A program made the position numbers and the translations under genes. The notes below the pieces were generated by a model. It made no database searches. It had not been told where the DNA came from and saw only the letters and a list, made by a program, of their open reading frames with translations. DNA of 63,629 nucleotides, the filler included, from Hausera hauseri (lineage: Eukaryota): assembly GCA_046269625.1 (NCBI GenBank). It is 12 parts of 12 records of this genome, joined end to end, with 100 filler letters (N's around TTAATTAATTAA, not from the genome) between each part and the next. Parts side by side here need not be neighbours in the genome. Positions count along the whole stretch, not along the records: positions 37,946 to 43,769 come from JBJURY010182861.1; positions 43,870 to 47,813 come from JBJURY010868405.1; positions 47,914 to 59,396 come from JBJURY010098875.1; 9 more parts are not named here. The stretch is one strand, 5' to 3'. The first letter of the stretch is position 1. Each line of letters starts with the position of its first letter. This document shows, in pieces, positions 37,946 through 49,460 of this stretch.

Positions 37946-40900
37946 ATATTTTAGATCAAATTCCGAATTGGCAAGTAATTCCAACGTGATATTGTTGAGA
38001 TGTGTTTTACATGAAATTGATAATTGGTGACGAGGATTAAGATATTGTTTCAATGAAATCATGATAATGACACATGTCAATCCCTTTCCGTAAAAATCTA
38101 GAAATTTTACTGGTCTTAGGTTAGCTTCCGTATTTTTTGCAGGACTACGCAAAACCGATGAATTCAGTGAAATTTTTTTTAATTCTCTCAACATGGTTTA
38201 GTTTGGCTTGTATTGTCATTCATTACTTCCAACGTCAATCCAGGCTTTTCAACGATTATTATGAAACAAACGGTACAAATAAAAATACAGTAATTGGTAG
38301 CTTGATAAACAACCAAATAAGAATACTGATTTTATTTGACATGATATGGACTGTTCGGCTGCCAATCAAACACAGGACAAAGGTAAAAGACAGGATGAAA
38401 ACCGTGTCGGCCTAGCTGCACCAAATGGTGACCCGATTGCCAAAAATGGAGGGCCATATCCTAGACCGTAGCACTACATAACCCCCCCCCTGCAAGAAAA
38501 GAAACTATAAAGCAAAACAGAAAGGGACAAAATGAAAAAAAGTGTTTAGTGTCTATTGGGTTTTGGTGTGTTTGAGGCGTTGTATTCTGTCTACGGATTT
38601 TTCCCATTTTAGATACTAAATGTCACTCTGTATGCCTTATTTGATTGATTTGTGCTTGGCTGTTGAACTACATTTTGTAGTAGACGTTTTGTAAGATTTT
38701 CTGATTCAGTGCGCTGCGTTGCTTGTGGTGAAGACGTTGAAAATGGTAAAGAGAATAAGTCAAGCAAAAGAGGCGAAGAAACTGAAGGCAATGAAACAGA
38801 AGACAGAGAGGGAAGAGAGGCGTGCGAAGAAAACGGAATAAGCGAAGTAGGTACAATAAGCGGTGCGGAAGATGAGAATGATTTTATGTGAGAGAAAATG
38901 GGTTGATGAAACGGAGCAAAGTCGTGGAGAAGTTTTGAGGAAGAAATGGAAGGAATGAGAGTTGAATTGGGATTGGAAGCAGAATCGGCATCCGGATTGC
39001 CATCAACGAAGAAAGCGGGTTTAAGATTCGAAATGTGGACGTTGTAGGGTTTGTTTGGGCGTAAGATGGTAGCTGTATGAGATAAAAAATGAAGGAGTTT
39101 GTATGGGCCAACATGCTGAGGTCAAAAACCCGAAGGCGATTGATCCTTCAGCCATTCAAACTTGGCTGAGTATAAATCCTTCGGAATGTACGATTTGTTG
39201 TTGTTAAATATGCGGCAGAACGAGTCTGATATGACCTCAACGAAGTAAAACTGTGCCGGGCGAATGTTTTCATCTGTCGGATTGTTGTCGAGGTCAGAAA
39301 TTTCAAACAGAGTCCGTATTGGAGTCCCAAAAAGTGCCTCGGCTGGAGCACAACCCGTGGTGGTGGAAGTTGTGTTGCACCACCCGACTAGAACAAATGG
39401 TAGGATTGATGTCCAATTGCGATGATTGTATGCCAAGATTGTTAAAGAAATTTTCATTGTTCGATAGAACCTTTCAAGGAGGCCATTTGATTGTGGTTGA
39501 TACGGTGTTGTATAGAAATGTGATATCCCCAAGAGTTTAACAAGCGATTTAAAGAGCTCCGATTCGAACTGCGAACCTAGGTCCCTTATGATATGTTGTA
39601 GGCAGCCAAAGCGACTGATCCACATTTTAATGACGGCATCGGCTACTGAATCAGTATTTGTTGAACGGAGAGGAACGGCTTCAGGCCAGCGCGAAGCACG
39701 ATCCATCATAGTGAGAATATGTTGATACCCGTTGTCAGAAGATAAGGGGCTAACGAGATCAAGATGGACAGTATGAAAACTTGATGTACAGGGAAAATGG
39801 TAAAGCGGCGGTTTAAGATGTTTGTTGACTTTGAATTTTTGGCAGGCTACTCATTCCTTAACCCAGCCCTGTATATCTGTGAGCATTGATGGCCAAACTA
39901 CATTACGTTGAAGCAAGCGAAACGTGGCTTTCGAACCTGGGTGATGAAGTGAATGCATGCGAAGGAATGCTGGTTTCTGCAAAGAAGGAGCAAGAATGAT
40001 TTTTTATTACCGGGGTTAGATGTATCGTATGCAATAGCATCAATGATTTCGAAGGATTTGAAAGAGCTAAGAATATCAGCAGACGACTGATTGAGCTTTA
40101 GAATTTCAGCAGAAAATATTGGTTCAACCGTAATTGAGCCGACCAACCGCAACAGAAAATCCGCGACCAAATTCTCAGTACCTGAAATATACTTTATGAT
40201 AAAACTAAATGTAGGTAGGTACGATATCTGTCGTTCCTGCTTCGGTGATGGCTGTTTTAGTGACATGATGTGCAGCAGATGCTTGTGGTCGGTTTGGATG
40301 ACAAATGGACGAGAGAGGAGTAGATTCTGGAAATGTTTTACTGCCAAAACAATGGATAGTAGCTCACGATCAAATGTTGAATATCGGCTTTCTGGCTGTG
40401 TGAGTTTTCGAGAGTAAAATTCTGAAGGTTCATCCATGTCGTTGCAAATCTGGTGTAGTATTGCACCAGTAGCTGTGGTAGGGGCATCGGTGGTAAATAT
40501 CAGCTTCACGTCGAGTTTTGGATAGGCCAGTATTTCTAGGGTTTTCAGGCCTTCGCATGAGTGATCGAATTTGGTTACTAAATCGAGAGTTCACTGGATT
40601 AACTGCCTTTTCTTTCCGGATGAGAGATGTGCGAAAGGTGCTGTATTCTCAGAGCAATGCGGTCCATATTTATAGGCGAAATGTAGTGTGCCTATAAAAC
40701 TCTTCATATCTGTAGTGATCGTTGGTAGTGTTGCATTTTTCAATTGCTTCAGTCCATCAGTTTGTGGAGAGTGGCCGTGAGGAGTAATGATGTGGCCTAA
40801 GAAACTGACACGTTTCTGAAAGAAGTTGCACTTGGAGAACTTAACTTGTAAGATGTTATGATGTAGGCTGTGAAAAATAATTCGGAGATGTTCATAGTGT

Positions 40901-43600
40901 TGTTTGACGGAGTTGGAGGCAACTAATATATCATCGATGTAGGGATGAGCAAAATTAAGGCCTGAAAGAACGGTGTCGATGTGGCGTTGAAAGATTTGGG
41001 CTTCGTTATGTAAACCGAATGGCATGAAGATGTATTTGTAAAGGACAAATGCAGTAATGACAGCAGTCTTTGAAATGTCATCTGGTGCAACGGGAATTTG
41101 ATGGTAGACTTTGTGCAGATCTATTGTGGAATAAGTATAGGTGTTGTTAAGACTGTGCAGGATGTCCTTTATCAGCGGTAATGGGTAAGCATTTATGACG
41201 GTTAGATGGTTTATTTGACAGTAGTTGCCACATGGTCGAAAAGTACCGTCTTTTTTGCTACTACATATAATGGTGAAGCTCATGGTGATTTTGACCTCCA
41301 AATAATACCAGATATTTCGAGTTTGTTAAACTCTAATTTCACGGCTTTTCGTCTACGAGGAGATAATGGTTTAAACTTTTGTCTGATAGGTCTTTGGTGT
41401 TGGGTCAATATGTTGTGATAAGTTTTTGATAGGGGCTTAAAACTAGAGTCCTTTTTGATTATGAGAGGATTTGAGATTGGAATCTAGTGATAAAAACGAT
41501 TGAGGCTTATCATCAGAGAAGGTGGTGGCTGTGATTGGCGAAGAACGACCGACATTGTCACTGTTAACATTCGATTTAACCGACTGTTTTAAAATCGACT
41601 TCGATATTTGAGATTTAATTGAAAAAATAGATAAATTACTAAATGTATCGTTTTCAACCGACGGACAATTTGCTAAGCTCGCATATGAGCTTGCAGACGA
41701 AGTACCTATTGAGCTATCAGAAAGACAATTGTTAACGTTCACGACGGCGTTTTTACGTAGCAAACAGACATACATGCAGTCAACAAGCAGATCGTATGCG
41801 GCCAAAAAATCTGAGTCGATTACGGGCGATTTAATATTGGCCACGTGGAATTTCCAGACGAACTTGCCTGGTAAGTTTGAAAATGTAAAAAACAGTTTCA
41901 TGGTACCTGCAATGCGCAAAGGTTGACCTCCGGCAGTGAAAAGTGGGGAGAAGAAACTGCAGTGGATGTAGGGACAAAGGAAAAAGGAAGGGGTGAAAAG
42001 GCAGCTCCTGAATCAATAAGAAAATCGATATGTGAAGCATTGCTAGAGAACAGTGTAGCTTTTAACAGAAAAACTGCGGAGGCGGTGTTAAAACGGTTAG
42101 AAGATTGAGCGGTATTTCCTATGCCAGAATGTGCCGTGATATCTGGCGGCATTTCTAGTTTTTTAAAAATCGTGGAGGAAAAAAAAAGAACGATAAGAAG
42201 AAGAAGGAGGAGGAGAAGGCGAAGAAAACTGAAGTTGTTTTTGTAATGTTTACATCACGGAACACACGATCTGGTTACAGTGAAATTTTGTGTGATAAAT
42301 GCAGAGATTGCTGCCACCGCCAAACGCTCGTCATAAAATTTACATCCAAAAAGACATTTCACTGTGTTTCTACGAAATTTATTGTGATAAAAACAAATTA
42401 TTCGTCCGCCCGAAAATTTAGAACGAAATGAGTGCTTGGAGAGGTTACGCTCACGCAATACACGAGTCTCACCTCGCCGAGACATAGCTATATTACTTAG
42501 TTTGGCAGTGATGGCTGAAACTGAATGTTGCAGATTATCGTATTGTTTCAGCATTAATTGTATTTGCTGTGCCAAAACAGTCATATCTATACGCTATGAA
42601 GGATGAGTGGTTGCTGCGACTACTGGTTGTGAGTTGTTAGTTTGTAAAATTTCGAAACTTTTATCAGCCAATAGGTCACGTTTTTCAGTCGCCGTAGAGT
42701 CGTCAACGACAGTAAGGAGAGCTCTGAGGGAAGTGAGCAATGAGGAGAGGAAATAACGACTAAACAAGTCTGCTTTGTTAGTGAGGGTAACGCCAAGAGC
42801 ACTTAAGTGTAAAATAGAGGTCTGTAGAAAGTCAGAAGGCTTTTGATTGCCTATAGCATGTTCGTTAAAGTTCTTCTGTATTATAATATCAATCGATAGA
42901 TAGGTAATATGAAGAACAGACTCATAAGGCATGTGATATGGTGTTGAAGAAGTACGGATATCAGCAAGATTATTGATTTAATGCTTGATATTTGCTGGGA
43001 AAAGAAGTAACAAGCTGTCGGCGCGCAAAAAAGAATTGATAATATGATTGGCTTTAAGCCATTGTAAATGAAATTGTAGTCAAGTGTGGCTTGAAGTAGA
43101 TTTATCGAGGAAAAACTCTGTACAAGGAAGGTTATGAGAAGCAGATTGTGCAGATTCTGCACGGCGAGGACCACATCTTGTTTTGGAGGAATTTTCAGCA
43201 CAAGGATCAGGGTCCGAACCACCCATGATGTGAAAGTAAAGTGTGAGATGAATGATCGGAGAAGCGAAGGCAGAAAGTGAGTTAGACGGGTGTAGCACAG
43301 AATTATGGTACGACAAGTGAAAGACGGAAGTGTGTAGGAAAGAGGAGAGAGACATATAGAGGGTGTAAGCAATGTCCGTGTTACTAGTGTGTATGGTAGA
43401 AATGTGTTATTTTTAAAAACAAAAAAGAAAGGGATTGAAGAGTGATTCCAGTGGCGTGTTGTGGCGCACGGATCACGAACGCTTCCAGCTTTCCGACCAG
43501 ATGATGTTCGGGCCGCATAGCCGAGCGGACAGTCTCCAAAACCGATCTTTAATGGCCAGTGTTCATGGCAAACTGGTTGGGTGCTCCGTACATGTCAATA
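37946..43600 (-). mobile_element. Near full-length decayed family A-related Gypsy (gag, PR, RT, RH, IN, PPT, 3' LTR start at 38478)
   Basis: CFYHNKF..C..GC gag motif, FLIDSGAAFS, RPCGNY..YPLP..MPFGL..YIDDIL, TTDAPT..ELL..TDHK, WPEAVPL..ERFYRT, and PPT GCAGGGGGGGGGTTA followed by TGTAGTG. Confidence 0.9.
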
Positions 43601-43869
43601 AGTTTAGAGAGTCGTGGATGTTTAAGTAATTACATATTATAATTCGAATAACTATAGGAAGAATCGGTATAACATGCAACATCATCAATAAAAGGAATAT
43701 CGGTACAACTATAACCAATTCGTAAATGGATTTCCGCTTTAAACGGTGCCATTGAATCCAAATAGACATNNNNNNNNNNNNNNNNNNNNNNNNNNNNNNN
43801 NNNNNNNNNNNNNTTAATTAATTAANNNNNNNNNNNNNNNNNNNNNNNNNNNNNNNNNNNNNNNNNNNN

Positions 43870-46800
43870 TTCCTAATATGTTTTGGAAACTTACACTATT
43901 TGAAATTCAACAGTGGCGTCAAGAGCAGAAGTAAAGACAAATTTTCGGGATCACCAATCAAAATTCCTGGAAATGATCCTGAATGAGATTCTGAAGAAGG
44001 ACGCATTCAAAACTCCGAAAATTTTCAAAGAAGGATACAATGCTGACCAAGTTTTGAAATGCATGGATGCATTTATGCGGCAGCTTGAGATATCGGAAGA
44101 AACCAAAGCTCATTTTTTCATAGAGTACTTAGAAGATGTTCAGTTACAGCCCAAATCAGCAGAATTTCTAATGGCTCAAGGAAACTTTTCAAAATTATAT
44201 GATTAGAAAAGGTCAAATATTTTATCATGGATGAAATTATTTGGCATTCAACAGAAGGATAGTCAATCAACGAAGGACTTCATGAAGGAAGTAAGAATTC
44301 GTTGTTTTAAGGAACAACTTGGGTTGACTTCTGAGGAAAGAGCCGAAAACTCTCTAGATTTTTATACATGGCCTGATTAATGACAGATTTCAAAAGACCC
44401 TAAAATGTTGCAGCCTAAAACCCTGGGTGAAGCATTTGTCATGATAAAAAAGGAATGTGAAACTCAGGAAATTCTGCCAGCGTTAAACTTACTGGCCAAG
44501 AATGATGATATACGCATGCTAAGGGCTGAAGTTTCTGAACTGAACAAACGCATTAGCTCCTTGCGTGAAACTGTGAAAATACTGCAGCAAGAAAAGGTAG
44601 CAGGTCAGCGGTCATATGAAAGTAGAAAGAATACCTCTATCAGAAAAAAAGACGGATGCTAGAATTGTGGAAGCAACAGTCACATTCTGAGGAACTGTGA
44701 AAGGTCTCTAGTTTACAAGAAATGCAACATGAAGAGGCATATAGAGAAATTTTGTGGAAACGAAAACCGTAATTCAATTCACGTGGTCGAGTCTGCTAGT
44801 ATATCAAGTAACGAAAGTGAAACAGACACGGGAATAAGCACAGAACCAAACATTTGTCATTTCAAACGCCAAGAAGTCGTACGCCAAAGTGATGAAAGAG
44901 AATATGACGACACGAAACCAAGTAAATTCGATTCCAGCGAAGAAAAAGAACACCAACACTGTAGAAAATCGGAACTAACCAGTTTGCTACGGGCGGATCA
45001 AGTGGAACAACGAAAAATCTTATTAGACACGGGAGTCGAAGTGAACGCTATCAGTAAAGACATGCTGGAAAAGATGAAAGGCTCAGATAACACGTTAACA
45101 ATCCGACAGTCATCCAGAAAAATCAAGTGCGCTGATGGATTTACAGTGCCAGTACAAGCGGGAGTGTCCCTGATGGTTGAATTAGGCGTTAAATTGTAAA
45201 CCTGCAACTTCTTAGTATTGGACTTTCTGAGACCTTGCATAATTCTTGGGATACGAAGTATGAAGTCTTGGGTTTAATATCGATCTTGATAATAATGTCA
45301 TTAATAGTGGAGCAATTTGTCCCCTTTATGTCTAAGGTGAATACAGACATAACAGTCCCAACAAATCAGTTAACCTAAAAGGGCACGGTTTTAGGAGTCG
45401 GAAACAGTATGTCTTGTGAGACTCAGACTGTAGTGGCTGCAGTTACACAAGAAGCGACCGAGATTGAGTGTATTTTATCCAAATTCTAAGGTGTGAATGA
45501 TAGCAATAGAGATAATATCACTAGCTTAGTGAAAGAATTCAGAGATGTATTTCGTTGTCAAAATATGATATAGGATTGGCGCGAAACGCTGAGCATAAAA
45601 TAGAACTTAAACATAAAAGCCCAATACAGGAACAAGCTAAGGTGAAATCCTATTGTACTATAAGAAAAGTTGATGATTTTGTGGAACAGTTGCTACAGAA
45701 AAATATAATTCAACCAAGTGTATAAGAGTAGAATGCTCCTATGGTTATTGTGCCGAAGAGGGAGGATGACATCAGACTTACGGTGGATTATCGGCGATTA
45801 AATCAAAAGATAAAAGTACCTTCATTTCCTATTCCGGACACGCAGCAACTATTTGATACTTTAAAAGGATCACAATTCTTTAGAAAATTTGATCTGCCTA
45901 CAGGATGCTATAACATACATCTTGCAGATTGTGACAGAGAGAAGACAGGTTTTAGTACGAGAAACGGACATTGAGTGCTTTTGAGATTGCCAATGAGCTT
46001 GGCAGCTGCGTCAGCCAATTTCTAGAATCGTGAAAACAACCTTGAAAAGAATTGTTGTATATTTAGATGTCTTAGTTTTTTGAAGAACGCAGGAAGAAAA
46101 TCTTGTCAGTCTGCGAAATGCGCAAATCAAAATAAGAGATGATGGCTTAAGAATCGCATCTTCAAGGTGTCATTTCGTCACAAATGATGTAAGGTACCTA
46201 GGCCACAAAGTGTCAGCCGATGGAATTTTAACGGATGAGAATAAAATGAAGTGCTTCCAAGATTTACTACATCCATAGTCTCCGAAATCACATTAAAGAT
46301 CACGTCTCTATTGTTGCGTAATTGTAAGAGCTGTGTAAGGACTTCTGGAATGATACAAAGACTACAAACATGCATCCGTTGCTATAGTAAGATTTTAAAC
46401 AATGTCTATCAACAGCTCTGTTCCAAATAGCCATGATCATTTTATTTATACAGATTCATGCGATAATACCATTCTTAAGTTCAATGTGGAGATGTAAGAA
46501 TGATAGCCTATACTTCACATAAACTGTCTACATAGTTGGTAATAGTTTCTAAGCATAAATACACAAAATGTTTAGACACTATTTGTTTGGAAGATTGTCA
46601 AAAGAACAGGCCACATGGTTATATTCTGAATGATGAATAGAAAAATACAAAGTACAATCCAATTTAGTTCATGACTCAATGAGCTAACTGTTTGGAGCTC
46701 CTGGACAATGTCAACAGTGTACAATAAATCACGAGAATCCCAAGGTGAAACAAAATGTGAAAAGCTACAATCAAAATCAAAATGATACAAAACCGTTGTT
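43870..46800 (+). mobile_element. Highly decayed Ty3/Gypsy element (gag, CCHC, protease, RT)
   Basis: FKTPKIFKEG, C*NCGSNSHILRNC, ILLDTGVEVNAIS, APMVIVPK..IRLTVDYRRLN..FPIP and VYLDV. Confidence 0.85.
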
Positions 46801-48026
46801 TATTGCCGTTGTATAATAATGGAAGAAGAATGACGATAATCTTGCGTTGATAATCAAACTAATGAAACACAAAAACATTGAAGAGCAGTATCCGGAAGAA
46901 CTCCAGAATACAGACAGAGAAGTCCAGACGTTGTGGTGAAATCGGATTTATAAGGGATTTGTTGTATATAAATCACCATGGAGAGTATAAACTACTATTG
47001 CCAAAATACAGGTTGTGTAGGTCATGCTCATATGTTATATGATCATATTGGATACATTATGCCTTCTCAAAACTGTTGTTAAGCTTGTTTTTCGATTGTC
47101 TCTTGTTTGCGTCCTCAGCTTTATTCTCTTATCACGAGAAGGCAATTAAGTGATCTCTAGTCTTTTCTTCTCCAGGGCCGTTCCACACTTCAGGTTTACC
47201 AGGACTTCAGCACACTATTAACATGGATGGCAGGGATGAATTCACCGAAGACAGCGAATGCTGCAGCAAAGTCCAAGGGCAGGACAGCCTTTCAGGTACA
47301 GGATGGAGGGAAGGGACGACATGGGAGGTAGGAGAACCGGGTGGAACGTCCTCGGAGCGAGGGGTGTTAGTGAGAATAAGCCCTGCTCTGTGCTCTGTTG
47401 TTTGTCTGTATTGATAGGGCTATGTTTGCCTCCATAGAAGAAAGCGATAGCGACGTTGACAACCACGGAGAAGACTCGTCTTCAAACACCTCCGTCGACG
47501 ACCACATGACCACCAAGAGGACACAGTGCCGCCTCGAAGGAGCGGGAGTCAAAGAGGTGAGAGAGTCTGCTGGAGTAGAAATGGCTTTTTTCATAGCCTA
47601 TAACCTTATTCCTATTTATTCATTAGTGTTACTAACAGTTCCAACTCTCGGCTTGTTTTTCTAGTGTCCGGACACCCGCCTCGGAATTCCATAATAAAAA
47701 AGTACTTTTTCTTCATATCAGCCGTTTTAAAGCTAAAATTATGTATTCAAACTAAAGACGGGGACTCAAGTCTCTTAAGTTGCACTTAAGTCACTTCAAA
47801 CCCATTCAGACTCNNNNNNNNNNNNNNNNNNNNNNNNNNNNNNNNNNNNNNNNNNNNTTAATTAATTAANNNNNNNNNNNNNNNNNNNNNNNNNNNNNNN
47901 NNNNNNNNNNNNNCATTATGCTGTTATTAACAGTTCGATCACTAATGTTATACTGTCATACTAATGTCAAATCAAAGTCTAATTTCAACAGATCGACGGG
48001 GGTTTTGAGAAATTGTCCTCAATTTA

Positions 48027-49276
48027 TTACTGGTCCAACGTTATGGATACGTGCATATATTTGCCCGAGGTTCTTGACTTGTACCGGATTGCCTCGGGCT
48101 CGTATACTTCATCGTCTAGTACTAACGTTTCATCCAACTGGATTCTTCGTTTCCTTCCGCCTTGAGATGTAGTTGGTGTTGTTCGCACCTGATTGGAAGC
48201 CGCGCTCTGGGTAATGTATTCGTCCGTCCATTTTAATTGTTTGTATATCGACTGGTAGCATTGAGCTAACGCAGTACTTCTGAGATTAAAGCCCTTTGTA
48301 TCGTAAAATTTGCGGGCTAATTCTTTGTAGGTGTTTGTGGATAGTTGGTACCGGCGGATGACTTCCTCGTGATATAAAATATCACGCACTCCTGCAATCC
48401 GTCGGATGGGGCATTTGAGATGGTTTATTACCATCTCTATCACGTCGGCTCCAATTACTATTCTGTCTGTGATAACTTCGGTCACCTTTCGATAGAATTC
48501 AGTTGGATCGGTTTGATTATTGATATTCAGTTCCGTGAGACCTGTGATGTGCGTATCAAAGTTGTTGATACGCTGTCTCGGGGTAATAATTCCATAGAAT
48601 AATGTGTCACCGTTGAGATTTAAGACTGAGGCTTCGATCGGCTGGAGTTGGTTCCATTGGTCGTAGGCCAGGTTGACGGCTGCTACGACCATATCTTTGT
48701 CAGACACTTTGTCTATTCTGCGATAAGGAATAGTCTTGTACTTTACATAGTCGGGCTCCGGCAAGTGAAAGCATTTACCTTCAGGGAGACTGGGATAAAA
48801 TTTTTCGTTTTTTATTACTTCCAATGCTAGAATCACTCGATTGGTACAGGAGCGAATTTTAAATATATTGTCTTTTAGAAACGAGAGATCGAAAGCAAGT
48901 CCGTGCTCAGAATCTAAATTTATCAGATCACCTTTGATGGAAGTCTTTCTATCCGTTGTCTTGATTTGAATTTGCCCTACAATATTGTACACATTCATCG
49001 AGTGAAATCGATCAGGCAGAATTATAATGTCAGTTAGGAGGAACGAAGTCGCTTTAGTTATTTGCATCAAGGCCAGAGATCGATTGGCCATACTATAACC
49101 TTTCAAATTATTCGGTATCTGCTGTGTCTGGGGATAATTCAAGCTGGTCATATTATCATTATGAGAGACATAGTATTGATTGGAAGGATTGGCGTTAATG
49201 ATGTGGGTCTTGGCATTACTATACCAATGCTTCGATCGATGAATATTCTGTACTTGATGGAGGGTTGATGCAGCAA
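48027..49276 (-). CDS. Accessory ORF of the enveloped Gypsy, with a DEDDh (REX4/ISG20-like) exonuclease-fold domain lacking canonical catalytic residues
   Basis: Open frame of 437 codons (48027-49340). PIEASVLNLNGDTLFYGIITP..THITGLT..VTEVITDRIVIG..VRDI..YKELARKF at 48229-48695, and a basic GRKRR near the C-terminus. The start is placed at a putative splice acceptor (AG 49277-49278). Confidence 0.7.
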
Positions 49277-49460
49277 CTGTAAATATAAAAGTTAATGGGT
49301 TGTTTATCATGAGACTAACATACAACACAACGGTTATCAAACATACGAAATAGGTAATCGTTGTGGTTTTCTTATTGTTTTTAGCAGGTGAGATAACTTG
49401 ATGTCGTTTAGTTATCCTTTTTATTGGGGTTGCATCTATTGCAATCCCTAACCATAACCG

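Noticed and set aside
47170-47700. GC-richer block with short overlapping ORFs on both strands
   Set aside because: No recognisable motif, termini or second copy in the window, so no call can be supported.
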